A stretch of DNA of 64,000 nt, from NCBI RefSeq assembly GCF_009914755.1, contig NC_060925.1; one strand, 5' to 3'. Position 1 is the stretch's first letter. Every line of letters begins with the position of its first letter. The notes below the pieces were generated by a model. That model was not told where the DNA came from. It ran no database searches and saw nothing but the letters and a program-made list of their open reading frames with translations. This stretch comes from the human T2T-CHM13v2.0 reference genome, Homo sapiens. Made by a program: the position numbers and the translations under genes. Positions 40,765 to 56,025 of this stretch are shown one piece after another.

Positions 40765-41015
40765 CCAGTTCTTTCTTGACCCCTTCTCTCTGTTTATTCT
40801 ATACCATTGAACAACAGAACACACAAGGAGAAACAGGGCACTTGAGTCATTCTGGAATTAAGAGGAAGTAATAACTAGCCATATAGGAAATGGAATTCCA
40901 TTCTTTAATCCTTCCTTTTTGGTCTTTTTCTAAGTGAAGTCAGCCATGCTCTTCCATTCCTTCATTTCAATTACGATACAGTGTTAGAGAACAGCTTACA
41001 AAACCCATCTCTTAC

Positions 41016-41228
41016 CTGCCAGGATCCTCTCAGCATTCATCCGGTAGCTGTCTGCAGCCTCGGCCATGAATCGCGCTGTTGCCAAATGGTTCAGCATGAT
41101 TTCACAGCTCTGGTCGTTTTTTTCCCACATGTCGGTTCCTTCAAAAGTCACAGCCTGGCGCTCCATTAACGTCACAAGCGGCATCAGCAGTGGGACTGAT
41201 ACATTGTTTGGGGGAACACATGTGGACT
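41016..41228 (-). CDS. BCAR3: BCAR3 coding exon (ESTCVPPNNVSVPLLMPLVTLMERQ…NAERILAG)
   Basis: cttcag| and |gtaaga; 213 nt, phase 1-1; track ORF 40996-41256. Confidence 0.96.
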
Positions 41229-41476
41229 CTGAAGAATAAGGAGTAGAGTTTTCCATATCACATGTTTTCCAAAGTTAAGCACAGAATGAGGTGACTCATA
41301 GCCCTTGTCTTGTTACAGCAACTGCAGCCTTCTACAAGCAACGCTGTCATCTGATAAAAGCCCTGATGAGCCATCCACAGTGCTGCAGATAACTCAGGGC
41401 CTCATAACATGCCCTGTGTACTTGTACTCCACTCCCCAGCGGGGTAGCCCCATGCTTGCTCTGCCCACGTGCTCAC

Positions 41477-41588
41477 CTCTGCCTTCATGCAGGAGTTTGC
41501 TGAAGGGCTTCAGCTGTTTCTCATAGAGAATGGCAGTTTGGGTGTACTGGTGCCGCAGAGCAGTCCACGTCTTTTCTAACCTTGTGAT
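41477..41588 (-). CDS. BCAR3: BCAR3 coding exon (ITRLEKTWTALRHQYTQTAILYEKQLKPFSKLLHEGR)
   Basis: ttccag| and |gtgagc; 112 nt, phase 0-1; CDC25-like ITRLEKTW motif. Confidence 0.96.
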
Positions 41589-41641
41589 CTGGAAGAAAGG
41601 TGGTGTTTTGGAAAAGGTTCTTTTTAAAATTACCTTTTAGT

Positions 41642-42002
<361 letters not shown>

Positions 42003-42125
42003 TCAAAGTGGCTGAAAGCAGGGTAGAAAGAAAAAATAATCCCCCATCCGCCCCATCTGCATTGCTGTTAGCGCATCCCAGAGATGGCAACTCTCTTCAA
42101 CTGCTTGTGCGTGTGTGTTTCACAT

Positions 42126-43890
42126 ACAGCCTGGCCTGCTGGCCAGTCCACTGTCAAAATTCAAGGCAGTATTGGATGAGAGGAAATAAACATGATGCAA
42201 AGTAAAACACCTGAATGAAAAATTACACTCTTGTTATAATAGAAATCAGCATTATCATGAAAATACGGCAGAACTGATGTTGCTTATTTTAAATACTGAT
42301 CCTAGAAAATTCCAGTGTACCTGAAGAATTTTGAAAGCTCTTGAAATAAAACTGGAATTGACCTCCCCAAAATTCCTGTCTATACGCACACCCCTTTTAA
42401 AAATAAATACATGCATATTATATACTACATAAACCACACCCATTCCTTGCCTCAAAAGCATTCAGTATAAGTACATATAGAACAGCCTTATTTTGTTAAA
42501 TTTCTGCATAATAGTCCACTGTATGGATAGCTATAGTTTAACTCGTCTCTTAAAGAGTTTTATGACTTTTCTTCTTTGAGATGGGGTCTCACTCTGTTGC
42601 CCAGGCTGGGGTGCAGTGGTGCGATCACAGCTCACTGTAGCCTCAACCTCCCAGGCTCAGTGATCTTCCCACCTCAGCCTTCTGAGTAGCTGGGACAACA
42701 AACATGAGACACCATGCCTGCTACTCATTTCTTTTCTTCTGCAGGTAACTCAGGGCCTCAATTTTCTTTTGGAACAATTTAGTCAGCAGCAGCATACACC
42801 ACTGACTCTGACTGTCCTAAGATAAATGGTCCCCAACTCATACCCTAAAACCGGCAAGGCTATGTTAAGTTTTCTACATGAAACAAGGAAGGGCATTAGT
42901 ATTTGGGGAATAAGAGCCAAGTTTGTGTCAAATATTTGAAGAATTTCATTTAATCTTCACAATGCCCTTTAAGACAGGTATTTTGGCTTTTACAGATGAG
43001 AAAACAGAAGAGATTAGGTAACTGCCCAAGGCTTCCCAGCTGGTATGTGGTAGAGCTGAGATTCATTTACTTGGCCTTGAAGAGCTCCTGTATCCAAAAG
43101 GAAGGTGAGTAGGCTCAGCACCAGCAGACGTGCTGTGAAGAAAAGGCTGTGGCCGCCTTCCTCCTGCTGCCCACCATGCTGCCCTTCCTTCTGTAGACCC
43201 CTGCTCCCTACACCCACTCCCTGAGGCATTGCCTTTCTGAAAGAAGCCTCTGGGTCTGGGCTAGGCCCATCTCCTGGACATATTCTCTTGATACTAGAAG
43301 CTGAGAAGAGAAGGTGGCAGATGTGGCTATAGTGTAAGGGCTGGGTTGGATGGTGACACGCAAAGTAATGTGACCCTCCTTTTGGGCTTTCTCTGGGTAT
43401 GCCACTTCCTCCTGGGCCACTGTATGCTCTGGAGGACTGTGTCCTGTCACTGCTGATGTGCTCCAGAAGGGAAAGGCTGACACTGTTAGAAGGCAGGGAG
43501 CCGCCTACAAAGCATGGTAATGTGGTTGGGGACAAGTCCCTAACTGCTGAGTTTGATGTCATGGATGGCAACCATGTGATCCCACAAAACATCTCCTTTA
43601 CCAGTCTCAGGGGAAGCTCTGGGCTGGAAGGCTTTACCCACAGCCTGGCCTGTTGGCTCTGCTGTCAAAATTCTAGGCAGTTTTAGGTGACAGGAAATAA
43701 ACATAATGCACATTAAAATACCTGAATGAAAAAATGATAACCCGTTATAGTAGAAATCAGTATATCATGAAAATCTGGCAGAACTTATGGGCTGCTTATT
43801 TCAAATACCAATCCTACAAAATACCAGTCTACCTGAAGAATTCTGAAAGCTTCTGAAATATAATTAGAATTGACCCCCCACAAATTCCCG
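42126..43890. repeat. Diverged ~250-bp direct repeat, copies 42126-42378 and 43640-43890
   Basis: Colinear blocks acagcctggcctg, ctgtcaaaattc, aggaaataaacat, acctgaatgaaaaa, tagaaatcag, tcatgaaaat, ggcagaact, tacctgaagaatt and gaattgacc occur in both copies. Confidence 0.9.
42567..42723 (-). mobile_element. AluJ right monomer / FRAM
   Basis: gagatggggtctcactctgttgcccaggctggggtgcagtggtgcgatcacagctcactgtagcctc. Confidence 0.8.
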
Positions 43891-44642
43891 ATGAAGGCAC
43901 TAAGTTTTCAACTTTTTATTTTTAAGGTGACCTTGCTTTAATGCAAGTAAATTCTATTCCTGCCATGATCTGACTTGCGGGACATGTGATTGTGGCTGTT
44001 TTTCAGTGGCAATGATGGAATTTCAGTGAGTACCTGGCAGGATTTCAGAGCTAACCTGTGGCTATGAAACAGCCAAGCCGAGTGACCAGCGGTTTTGGTG
44101 TTACTAGAAAGTTTTGCTGGCTGGACTGTAAACTCATACTCAAGTCCTCCAAGCATCCAGGGCTTGGGAGAACAGAAGTGGGAGTGCTGATCCTCAGCAA
44201 TAAAGATGGCAGCCTGACTTTCCTCTATGAGGCCTGCTTGACTTCAGATACAGATATTCAGGTTTGACACTCATCCTAAAAAATCCCTGGCACAGCAGAT
44301 AAATTCAAATGCCCAGTTTCAGAAACGGTAATTAGGGAGTTCTATGGCAGATGGACCAGGAATCCGAACTTTTTAATAGGACAGTCTGTTTTAGGTGACC
44401 TGAGATAAACTATTCTAAGGATTCTGATAGAAGCTCTGCAAATGTCTCATTTCCCAGTGATTATCCTAGACTGCCCACACCTGGTGACCCAGATGGAGGC
44501 AGTCTCCTTCTTATACAACACACTTTAGCCAGATGTCTCATCCTAATTGGTTCTCCTTGAATCACTACTGTTCATGAGGATGACACTTGCTACTGTACAT
44601 CAAAGAGAAAGCATGGACTGTCAGCAAATATTTACTGCCTTA

Positions 44643-45248
<606 letters not shown>

Positions 45249-45406
45249 TAGACCCCAAATACTTAGGACACTGTCCCCTAAATGAAGCAGCTTTCACTAA
45301 GATTCAATTTACTTTTGAGATTGACTAAAATAGTCTGATTTGCCAAACATGGCATGCAGATCTCTTTACAGAACATTAAGTACACATAAAGTAATTGGAC
45401 ATTTAC

Positions 45407-45578
45407 CTGTGGCATTTCCAGGGCTTTCATGAGAGCTGAGAAGGAATAGAGGTCCCCCATGGAATCCTTCAGTTCCACCGCCACCTGGATGATCTTACTC
45501 AGAGTGGCCGCTCGGTCCTCCAAAGTGCCCGTGCATCCCAGAATGTCCACTGCAATGCCGATGGCCATTGTGTTGTGT
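45407..45578 (-). CDS. BCAR3: BCAR3 coding exon (HNTMAIGIAVDILGCTGTLEDRAATLSKIIQVAVELKDSMGDLYSFSALMKALEMPQ)
   Basis: ctttcag| and |gtaaat; 172 nt, phase 2-0. Confidence 0.96.
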
Positions 45579-46858
45579 CTGAAAGCCAGGAGATCAGCGG
45601 TCAGGTTCAGGGCCAATGGGACTAGGAGAAAACTAAACCAAATCAGCCAAGAGCAGGGCTGTTTTTGTGCCATTTGCTCCTTTTGCTCTAAAATGTGCCG
45701 GCAGCACAGTTTAGACGGCCAATCTCAACAGAGAGAACGCCCCTTAGCAGGCTGACTGTGGAGGGCCAAAGTAGGCCACAGAGGGTGCACTTTCAGTCAG
45801 AAAGCAAGATGTCCCCGGACAGGGCCACATTCAACCCTGGACCTGGGGGCACAAAGAGGGAGCTCCTGGGGCAAAGGTGCTCAGAAGTGCATGTGGCTCC
45901 TAGTACCCTGTACCATGAGAGGTCCATGGAGACAGCAGGTCCCCCAAAACGCCTGAGAATCTCTCCTCGGGGAATCCCAGGGCCACCTCCACTGAGCCCC
46001 CTGGATTTGGGGATGGAAGGGACAGAAAAATGTGAGGACATGCTTGATCCAAGACAATAACATGGCCATCAGAACAAAGGCAGGAAAGAGGAGGTAAGAA
46101 TGGTGTTCTCCAGCCCCACTCCAGAGGCCAGGAAATGAATGGGGAGGAGGATAAAGATTGAATAGTTGATGGGCTGGAATGTGCCTGTAAGGCCAGACCC
46201 TAATAAAATCGAAATCTCATTTTCCCCAACAAACCTCCCTTTTCTCATCCTAAACTACATGGGTCAACCTCAGAGACCCAAAACACGAAGCAGGGTGATC
46301 TTTTCTCCGCATGACAACAGGATCAATATGAATGGGGTCAGTCTGCGGCAGAAAGCATAGACTGTGACCCCCTTTCCTTCCCACTGTAAATCAGGACCCA
46401 GGAGTTAACTGCTTTAGACCAGAATTGCCTCAGTTTCTTCCAGGCTGTGGTACAAGTGCTGGAGGCGAAGCCCCAGTTTATAGCTGTAGTTACTAAAATA
46501 CAGCATGCATTTGAACTCCAGGGCCACTCTGTCCTGAACGTTCGGAGCTTACGATGTTACTCCACGCTGTGCTCTCTCCGTGCCCAGGTGTGTTGGTCGG
46601 TCTCTTGCTCTCCCTGAGCAAAGGGCAGCAGGGATTCATTGAGTGCTTAGCATCACTCATTTCTCTAATGTTTGTTAAATAGGTAATGGGCTCTGCCTCC
46701 AAGTGTGTTTGCGTATATATGCATGTATGGGGCTCACTTGCAGTGTAAGCTTGGGCTGGTACCTAACTGCTCCACTCCTCAGGTTCTTCATCTGTAAAAT
46801 GGGAGCAAGGGTTGTGAGAAGGAGAGACTGTGTATAGGTGTGAAAATAATTAAAGTGA

Positions 46859-47136
46859 GCCAGGTCTCACTTTGGGAGGCTGAGGCAGGCACAATGTTTG
46901 AGCCCAGGAGTTTGAGACCAGCCTGGGCAACATGGGCGAAACCCCATCTCTACTAAAAATACAAAAATGAGCCAGGCATGGTGGCACATGCCTGTAGTCC
47001 CAGCTACTCAAGTGGCTGAGGAATGAGAATCGCTTGAACCCAGGAGGCAGAGGTTGTAGTGAGCAGATTGCGCCACTGCACTCCAGCCTGGGTAACTAGA
47101 GAGACTATCTCAAAACAAAAATAATAATAATAATAA
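46859..47136 (+). mobile_element. Alu with 5' internal deletion and (AAT)n tail
   Basis: TSD aataattaaagtg; inserted in MIR-like sequence. Confidence 0.88.
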
Positions 47137-47169
47137 TTAAAGTGCCTGGCACTGGCGGGCACCTAATAA

Positions 47170-47650
<481 letters not shown>

Positions 47651-48739
47651 GTTATCTGATACATTTTTGGAAGAGTTTTCTTATCCATTTGCAAAATGTT
47701 AACATTGACAGAACATTTTAGATGTTGCTTTTAACTATAAACTCACTTCCCATGCTGCATTCAATTGATTCTTTATTCAGTGTTTTCTCTCCCTGTGTTT
47801 TAATGGCCCTCTAGTGTTGTATAAATGGTTAACTGAATGGTTATATCCATTCACTCAACCAATATTTGCCTGAAACTTCCTGGATACACCGACTATGGGA
47901 AAAACAACTCAGGCTGGCAAATCTGCAGCAAAAGCTCCTGTGGTTGGCAAGAGGAGGCACTCAGATGTCACATGAAGGACACTTCCAGAACAGTATGCCT
48001 GGAATGGGTGAGGTGGTAAATTAAAAATAAAGGGTGGTTTTGTATTTGATTCTCAAATGCAAGAAGGTGATATCATGTGACACATCAGGACCTCTATAAC
48101 CTTGGCCTTTATTTAATAAACACATTGTAATTAATAAAACTACTCCCCAGGCTCTAAAAAGAAGATCCCACAGGTCACAAGAAACAAGCTAAGGAGCAAG
48201 ACCCCAGCCAAGAGGCAGTCAGGAGAAAAGACAAATGAAGTGGAAAGTCAGAAAACAGCCAAGAGAGAAGCCCCAAACCTGTCACCCTCAGCCTGTCCCA
48301 GCACACTGAATGATACTAAGAAAATAGGGCTCAGATTCATGAGGCCTGGAACCTGCGGCCTTTCAGGCTGAAATGTCTCATGGGAGAAATGGCAAAGTGT
48401 GGTGGCACAGCTCACCTCTGCTGATAGAACGAAGCTAGTGGAGCCGGGAGGCCAGGCCCCTAGGGCAGGAGGGAAAAAGGGGACACCCGGAGAGAGGCTG
48501 GAACCTAGAAAAGTCTCATCAGGAAGAGCAGGGAAATTCAGAAGCGGGACCTAGAATTCCCCAGAGGCTTAAGCAATGGGTATTCCCAAACAAAATCCGC
48601 ATGGCCCACTTCTTCACCTCCATCCTCCCACATGGCTGCAATTCAGCATTCTGGGTATTTTCTATGGGATGTATCCACGGCTGCGAGGCCAAAACAGCAG
48701 CAGCATAGGAGTCATTTTATCTGCTGTACAGCCGAGGAA

Positions 48740-48935
48740 ACTCTAAAGCAGCGACATCCATCCCCCGAGAAGTGGCTTTTTACCGTGAAAACAGTAAATT
48801 CTAATTATAAAAAGTCATCCTTCAATCACATCAGTCACATTTCAGGTGCCCGAGAGTGACATGTGGCTGGTGGCTACCGTAATAGCCAGTGCAGAATGCG
48901 TCTGTTACCACAGAAAGCTTTCCTGGACAGCACTG
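48740..48935 (-). mobile_element. MER3-like hAT-Charlie element
   Basis: cacatttcaggtgc…acatgtggctggtggctaccgta…cagaaag…ctggacagcactg. Confidence 0.65.
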
Positions 48936-49734
48936 TGACCTGGAACTTCATGGAAAGCCATGGGCAGTCAGTAATGGCAACTAGGACATGGGCTGGACAG
49001 ACAGAAAACTTAACAAGATAGTCTTGCCCAAATCAACTTTTAAAAAATGTGTCAAAAAGGCTGGCTTTGTGGTAATATGGATATCTAGTCTAGAGCTTCT
49101 TTTCTTAAAAACATACCTCATTGTTGGTGTCTTTCTAATTCCTAAACATTCCATTTCAATGGATGCCCAGGGCCCTGGCTTTTCATGAGAAGAGGGGAGG
49201 GATGCCTCGGAGGCCCCGGACCAGTGCCGTCATCCCCTAACCTCTGACCCTATTTGTCCACCCCTCAAAGAAAACACTGTCTAGACTCTGCTCTTCCCAG
49301 CCTTTCCCACAAACTCCTCCTAATTCCTCAAGCAATCTTAACCCCCAAAGAGACAAAGGGGCAGCTTGCTGGGCAGGAGACCCAGGAGACTTCAGGTGCT
49401 GGGGCCCCAGCTCTGCCCCAGGCTGCAGGATCTGTGACTCCTGCTCACACAGGCCAATTGAGTCACTGGCTTCAGGCCATCTATTCTCTCCATCCACTCC
49501 TCCAGGAGCAGGGACGGGAACACATTCTTTGTTCCTGAGTTGTGCTGTCTTTGTGTGCAACTCCAGGAATTCTCAGGCTCAGGCTTCTGGGAAGAGTCGC
49601 TGTAGGCCATGCGCCCTGAAGTACTGTTACCCCAGGGCTAGGCTGGTGCTGCGCCTCTCTTTGTTCTAAAACCTGCTGCTCTGATGCCTGGAAGGAGCTG
49701 GGAGGGTCGGAAGTGCAGAGGACGGCACTGCTCA

Positions 49735-49854
<120 letters not shown>

Positions 49855-50596
49855 TCAAGAGCCAAAGTTGAAATACACTGGATCAGGAAGTGGGCTTGCC
49901 TGATCATGAATTCAGCATATGAGAAGAAACACACTGAACTACGATGGCGTGGACACACTTTATGAGTTACATTTCTTTATAAGCAGCTGCTGACAATGCT
50001 GTTCTTATATGATGTTTAGGGTGTTTAAATACACATAGTACAGTATAAAACTTAGGGGGAAAAGAAAGACTGGTGGGAGATGCTGACACTGCTCTGCAGA
50101 TCTACAGATTTGTTAAGTGTTTCTGCCCAGCCAGAGAACAGTTTAGTTCTCTGAGCTTTTGTCTGACACCGGCCGGACCCTGCTGCGACGTTTTGCTGCC
50201 AACAGCAAGGCTGCATGTGTTCGGAGCTGACCGATCCCCTGCAGTGGAAGAGCAGAATCTCATCCAAGAGCCTCTCCGCTGTGGGCTTTGCCATTCATGT
50301 TCTCACTTAACAGCCACAGCTGGCTGCTATTACCCTTAATTACGCTTCTCCTGGGCTCAGTAAATGCTCTATATGTCTGGAAACTATTAAAAATGTGTAC
50401 AGTGATTGGAAACCTGAGCTCTCAAACACTCTTCTTTCTCCTGAGAGGCTTTTCTTAAAATCTTTGTCCCAGACAGCTCTCAACCCATCTCAATTCTAGT
50501 ATGTAATCTCAGTTTATTAGAATCAGGTATTAGTTATTACAATGTCATGGAGAAGTGTTACAACTGAGCCAGTGTGTCTCTAAAATGGGGCCAATA

Positions 50597-50892
50597 GGCC
50601 AGGCAAGGTGGCTTATGCCTCTAATCCCAGTGCTTTGGGAGGCCAAGGTGGGGGGACTGCTTGAGGACAGGAGTTTGAGACCAGCTGAGCAACATAGCGA
50701 GACCCCATCTTTACAAAAAAATTAAAAATTAGCCAGGCATGGTGGCGTGTGCCTGCAGTCCTAGCTTCTTGGGACACTAAGACAGGAGGATCACTTGAGT
50801 ACAGGAGTTTGAGGTTGCAGTCAGCTATGATCATGTCACTGTACTTAAGCCGGGGTGAGAGCAAGACACTGTCTCTAAAAACAAAAGAAAAA
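50597..50892 (+). mobile_element. AluJ
   Basis: Diverged full dimer with A tail. Confidence 0.88.
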
Positions 50893-53800
50893 TTAAACGG
50901 CGGCTAATGACACCTCACAGCACAATGATGTACTAAGAGTGGAACTAACAGATGCAACAACAAGTCTAGCCACCTGAACACACGGCAGGCATGGGACAGG
51001 TTCCTCTCCTTGATCTGGTACACTTGTCCTCAACCTTAATTACCCCAGGCTATCAAAACACATCTGGATGTTTAGGTGGTATTACTAACCCTACCCTGTA
51101 ACTTCTGTGGCTGAACTACTGTCAACCCTGAGGGGATGACCCTGTGGATGAGCTCTCTAGTGGTAGACGCCACGACAGGATGCAGAATTCCTACTGTGCT
51201 CCTACCTGTGCTCTCTGGGCCTCAGTTTCCCCTTTTCTAACATAACTGCTAAGTTCACCTTTCTCAAGGACTTTGCAAAGGATTCAGATAACTTTAGAAC
51301 CCCTAAAAGCTACCTGAAAATACAAGTTTTGAATCATCAGCCATGTGGAAAGGGGAAGAATTCTGGCCAGATCTTGGGAAAGAGATTTACAACTTGACCT
51401 TGGCAAGGCAGCCCAGACGCACGCCATGCACGCTTCCTCGCATATTTAGACAGCTGCCCTCTGTCAGAGGTCCCAAACCCTGTACTTCTGAGGGGTGTCC
51501 CCCACGCTCTGGGTGGCGAGATTAAAAGGCCTGTGATTGATTCAGGTTTGCTCTGGAAAACCTGGCAGATGGGCGGCGGCCCCTGCTCTCCAGTCTGCAT
51601 TTCGTCGGCACATATATGCCATGCCTGGGTCACTTCCCTGGAGCCACGCCTGCTTGCCTGAGGGCTGAGGGGATCCCAAGCTCACACCGCAGGGCCTGCA
51701 TTAGGTTCCCTGACAAATGCCCAAGGTTATGCAGCTCACTGACACAAAGGAAGGACAAACATGTCTAGAGCATTTACTGTGAGCCGACTCCACAGGGCAG
51801 GGTGGCAGAAGCACCCCCGATGAGGCTTCCTTCTGCCCTCCAAATCTTAGCTGGTCTGCTCTGCTGCATCTCTGGACTCCACCCTCTGCTCCTTCTTCCA
51901 CTGCCTTGGAGGCTGCTGCACGGACCCAGGAGAGCCCTGATGGGGTCCCGGCCCAGCCCTCCTCCCAGCCGCAAGGGCCTTTCTAAAATGCCATGAGATT
52001 GCCTGGCTCCACTCACTGGTTCTGTTCCCCTTGGCACAGAGGATCAGATCTGCACCCAACTCAACTGTAAAGTGCCTTGAAGGCAAGAAACTGGTATGAG
52101 CCCAGAAGTATAGACTTAGAAAAGACCTATGAAGCCCTCCCACACCCCACCCCTAACCCCATCTTCTTCCACCCACACAGAATGAATCTGCTGTAAACCA
52201 ACCCCTCTCTCCATGGGTTTTGACAACTAAGTGTCTGTGCATGTGCGTTGCCTGCCGTCTGCAAGATGCTTTTGGTGTTCATCGGGCCAAAGATGCAGCC
52301 TTCCAAACTCATCTTGGACATCTCTGCCCCATCTCCACACCCAACTCCCTGTTCAAGGCCCTGCCCAGAGGCCCCACAGCTCCTGTGCCTTCCCCTGCAG
52401 GGCGTTTCCCACCTGGGTTGTGGCCCAAGTTCCTGCATCACTGTCCCTCCCCAGCCCACCCCCACCTGATAGCAGGTGCTCCAAGAGCAGAGACCACAAG
52501 CTGCCCTGGCACAGTAGGCGCTCAGTCAAAGCTGAATATATAACACGGATAAACACTTAGTGCTCACTGTGGGCTAGGCAAGGTGCCCTGGGCTTTTAAT
52601 ATATTATTATCTCATTTAGTCCTCGCTGACCACCTGGGTAGCTGTATTCCTTACAGACAGGCACAGAAGGGGAGGCTGTTCAGCTGATGTGGCAGAGGCA
52701 GGATTCAGGCTCAGTCGGGCCAAGTGCTTCACTACTGGTCCTCACTTCTAGCTATAGGCAAAGACCTTGCGCACGGTGGGAGGGGCTCAGTGGCTCCTAA
52801 CTAGGCCCTTGGGGGGTGGGGGCATGGACACAGCAGGACAGGGAGCCTGGAGGGCTCTTAGGACCACCCACTGTCCTGATGGCCTATCTGGGCATCTGCC
52901 CACATGGCTGGGAACAAGCACGCGGGGCCCAGATGCTAGCCAGAGCCTGCTCTCAGCTTCTGGGTGGCCCTGTCTGGGCTGCCACTGCACTTGGGATAGG
53001 AAACAACAGGTCTTGTTGTATTTCCCTCTTAGAGATGCTGATTGTGCCCGCTTGGAAGTCAGTGGTTCCAGGAAGATAACATGGAAATGGTGGTAGACTC
53101 CAGAGACAGGGAAGAAGGAAGTTTCAACATAGCCCTGCCCTGGGGCTGGGTGGGCAGAGTCCAGGCTAGCTCCTGCTCGCTGCCTGGGGACCCCATCCAG
53201 CCCCTTGTCCAGGGGTGCCTGCAGGCAGACATGAGAGTGAGGCCCCACTAGGAGGACAAAATGCACCACAGCAAGCCAGGGAGACTGCATTCTTCAGTTG
53301 GGAACATCCTTGGGGTCTAGTTTCATGGCTACCAAAGGTAGTGGGCAGGTCCCAGGCCTCCTGCCAAGGGCGGGCAGGCAGGCATCTCTCCTCCACCTAG
53401 AGGATCATTAAGCCCTGCCCAGGGCCACAGGAAGGATTCATTCCCCTGGGAATCGGGCTGCTCTGTAAACCCAGGCCTGTTTCTACGAGGAGCTTCCTCT
53501 ATGGAGAACCCACGCAGGTTCATACCAGGCCAGAGTCTCCCTCCTGGCCCACTGACATGGTTCTGCTCTCAGATTCAGGGCCCAATGTGCCTGACTGACT
53601 AGAACAGAAATCCTCAATCCTCCTACCTCCCAAACAGGTTAAGCTCGCTTTAAAGTGAGGTCCGGATAACTTCGCAAATTGCGTGACTACCTGTGAGCAC
53701 TGCCCGAGGCCATCTGGCCAAAAGTACAGCAGGCCCTTGTTCTTCCAGTGCAGCCCTGGCTCTCTTCTCAAGGCCTGCTCAGCAGAAGTCCACCCTCAGC

Positions 53801-54168
53801 CCCACCTCCCAGGCCTGGGCAATGAGTTACTCTGGTTTCTGAGTCATCCCTCAAGTTCTGTTGTCAGCAAGGGTCTTGTTTACTCCAGGATGGTCAGCAG
53901 CTGCCTAAAGTTCCTCAAGCCTGTTTTGGGGAGCCCTCCATCAACTTTGGCACTCCCTGCAGGAGTGTTCTGAGACTGGACTTCTTGCCATGATTCAACA
54001 CATAGGAAGGAAAACCCAGTTCCTAAATAAGCCCTGACGTCTGAAGCTAATTGACTTCACTGAGCTACAAATAAAAAAGGGCTTCAAATGCCCAGGAACC
54101 AGCCTCTTTATATTGAAAAGATGGACCGAGCCCACCATCGCCTGAGACAACATCTGGTGTCTAGAATA

Positions 54169-54510
54169 CAGTCAGCCCTCCTTATCCGTGGCTTCTGCAA
54201 CAGTAGATTCAACCAACCAAGGATCAAAAATATTCAGGAAAAAAAAAAAAAAAGCTGCATTGGTATGAAACATGTAGACTTTTTTCCTTGCCATTATTCC
54301 CTAAATAATGCAGTATAATAGCTATTTACAAAGCATATACGTTGTATTAGGTGTTGTAAGTAATCTAGAGATGATTTAAAATCTACAGGAGGATTGCATA
54401 GGTTATATGCAAATACTATTCCATTTTATATAAGGAATGCAAGCTTCTGTGGATTTTGCTAGCCACTGAAGGTCCTAAAACGAATCCCGACGGATCTGAA
54501 AAAGTGACTT
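54169..54510. mobile_element. MER2-like Tigger-derived DNA transposon
   Basis: cagtcagccctccttatccgtgg…gattcaaccaacc…gtattaggtgttgtaagtaatctagagatgatttaaa matches the recalled MER2 consensus. Confidence 0.8.
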
Positions 54511-54587
54511 AATCTCTCTTAAGGATGAGGTTGCTTTGGGACCACCTATGAACAAAAGTCACTTACATCTAAAATAAACGTTTCCTA

Positions 54588-54901
<314 letters not shown>

Positions 54902-55136
54902 GGTGACAATGTAAATATTTAATCACATGGAAAGACAGTCATGTTTGTCAATGAAAGGTTCAGGGTTTGGAATAGTGTGTACAGACCTGTGGCAAACAGA
55001 TATTACACATGCAATTATTTACATGTATCCATTTACAGAGAAAATAATAATGTTTTTGCGTAAACCAAATGCTGACAATGGTGATCTCCAGGAAACTGGA
55101 TTTGTGTGGTTTTATCTTTTAATCTGTATTTTAGAA

Positions 55137-55431
<295 letters not shown>

Positions 55432-55935
55432 ATTTTAGAATTTTTCTAAATTGAGGAAGGATTATTTTAAAAATCAAGGTAGCTTTAAAGATGTTTATAC
55501 TAAAGATCATTTTAGTAATAAAATAAATATGTAATGCATAAGTATAATGTAATAAAAATAACCAAGGTCTGCTACTCCAGAAACTACATTTTCATCTACA
55601 ATCTACTCTCCTGTAGCTTTGGCTTTACCAATTCTGATGGAGCTGAGGCAAGGGGGTAGTTTATAAATAAGCACCAGGTGTGAGGAGGATTCTGTTGCAG
55701 CTGCTGATGCCAGCAGGGGTGGGTGGGAGAAGAGGGCGGCCCCCACCCCCGGCAGCAGCCTGCCATCCCTCTGTCTGAGATGAATTTTATAAGCTTCCTG
55801 CTTGGGCAAAGGTTGTCCCAGCTTGTGGTTCCCACCCCTTAAATAAATTCCCATGCTGGTGTTATCTTCAGACTTTCCTATGGGCAAAGCATTTAATGGG
55901 TGAGGCAGAGTGAGGCCAGATGGATCCCCTCCTTC

Positions 55936-56025
55936 CAAACCTACAAAAGCCAGAGGAGCACCGGGACCCCTAGCTCTTACCAAACCTTGAAAAGCCAGAG
56001 GAGCACCAGGACCCCCAGCGCTTAC
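55936..56025 (-). repeat. BCAR3: 45-bp tandem duplication starting at a BCAR3 5' splice site
   Basis: Sense units GTAAGCGCTGGGGGTCCTGGTGCTCCTCTGGCTTTTCAAGGTTTG and GTAAGAGCTAGGGGTCCCGGTGCTCCTCTGGCTTTTGTAGGTTTG. Confidence 0.95.

Noticed and set aside
43014-43592. 192-aa minus-strand intronic ORF
   Set aside because: Non-ATG start, no recognisable domain, ends in MIR-like sequence, and BCAR3 exons join in frame without it
42126-43890. Duplicated unit as an intronic snoRNA pair
   Set aside because: No convincing C/D boxes with terminal stem or H/ACA layout seen on the BCAR3 sense strand; an Rfam search would settle it
51337-53973. Dense overlapping ORFs on both strands
   Set aside because: Expected by chance in GC-richer intron sequence; no domain or splice support
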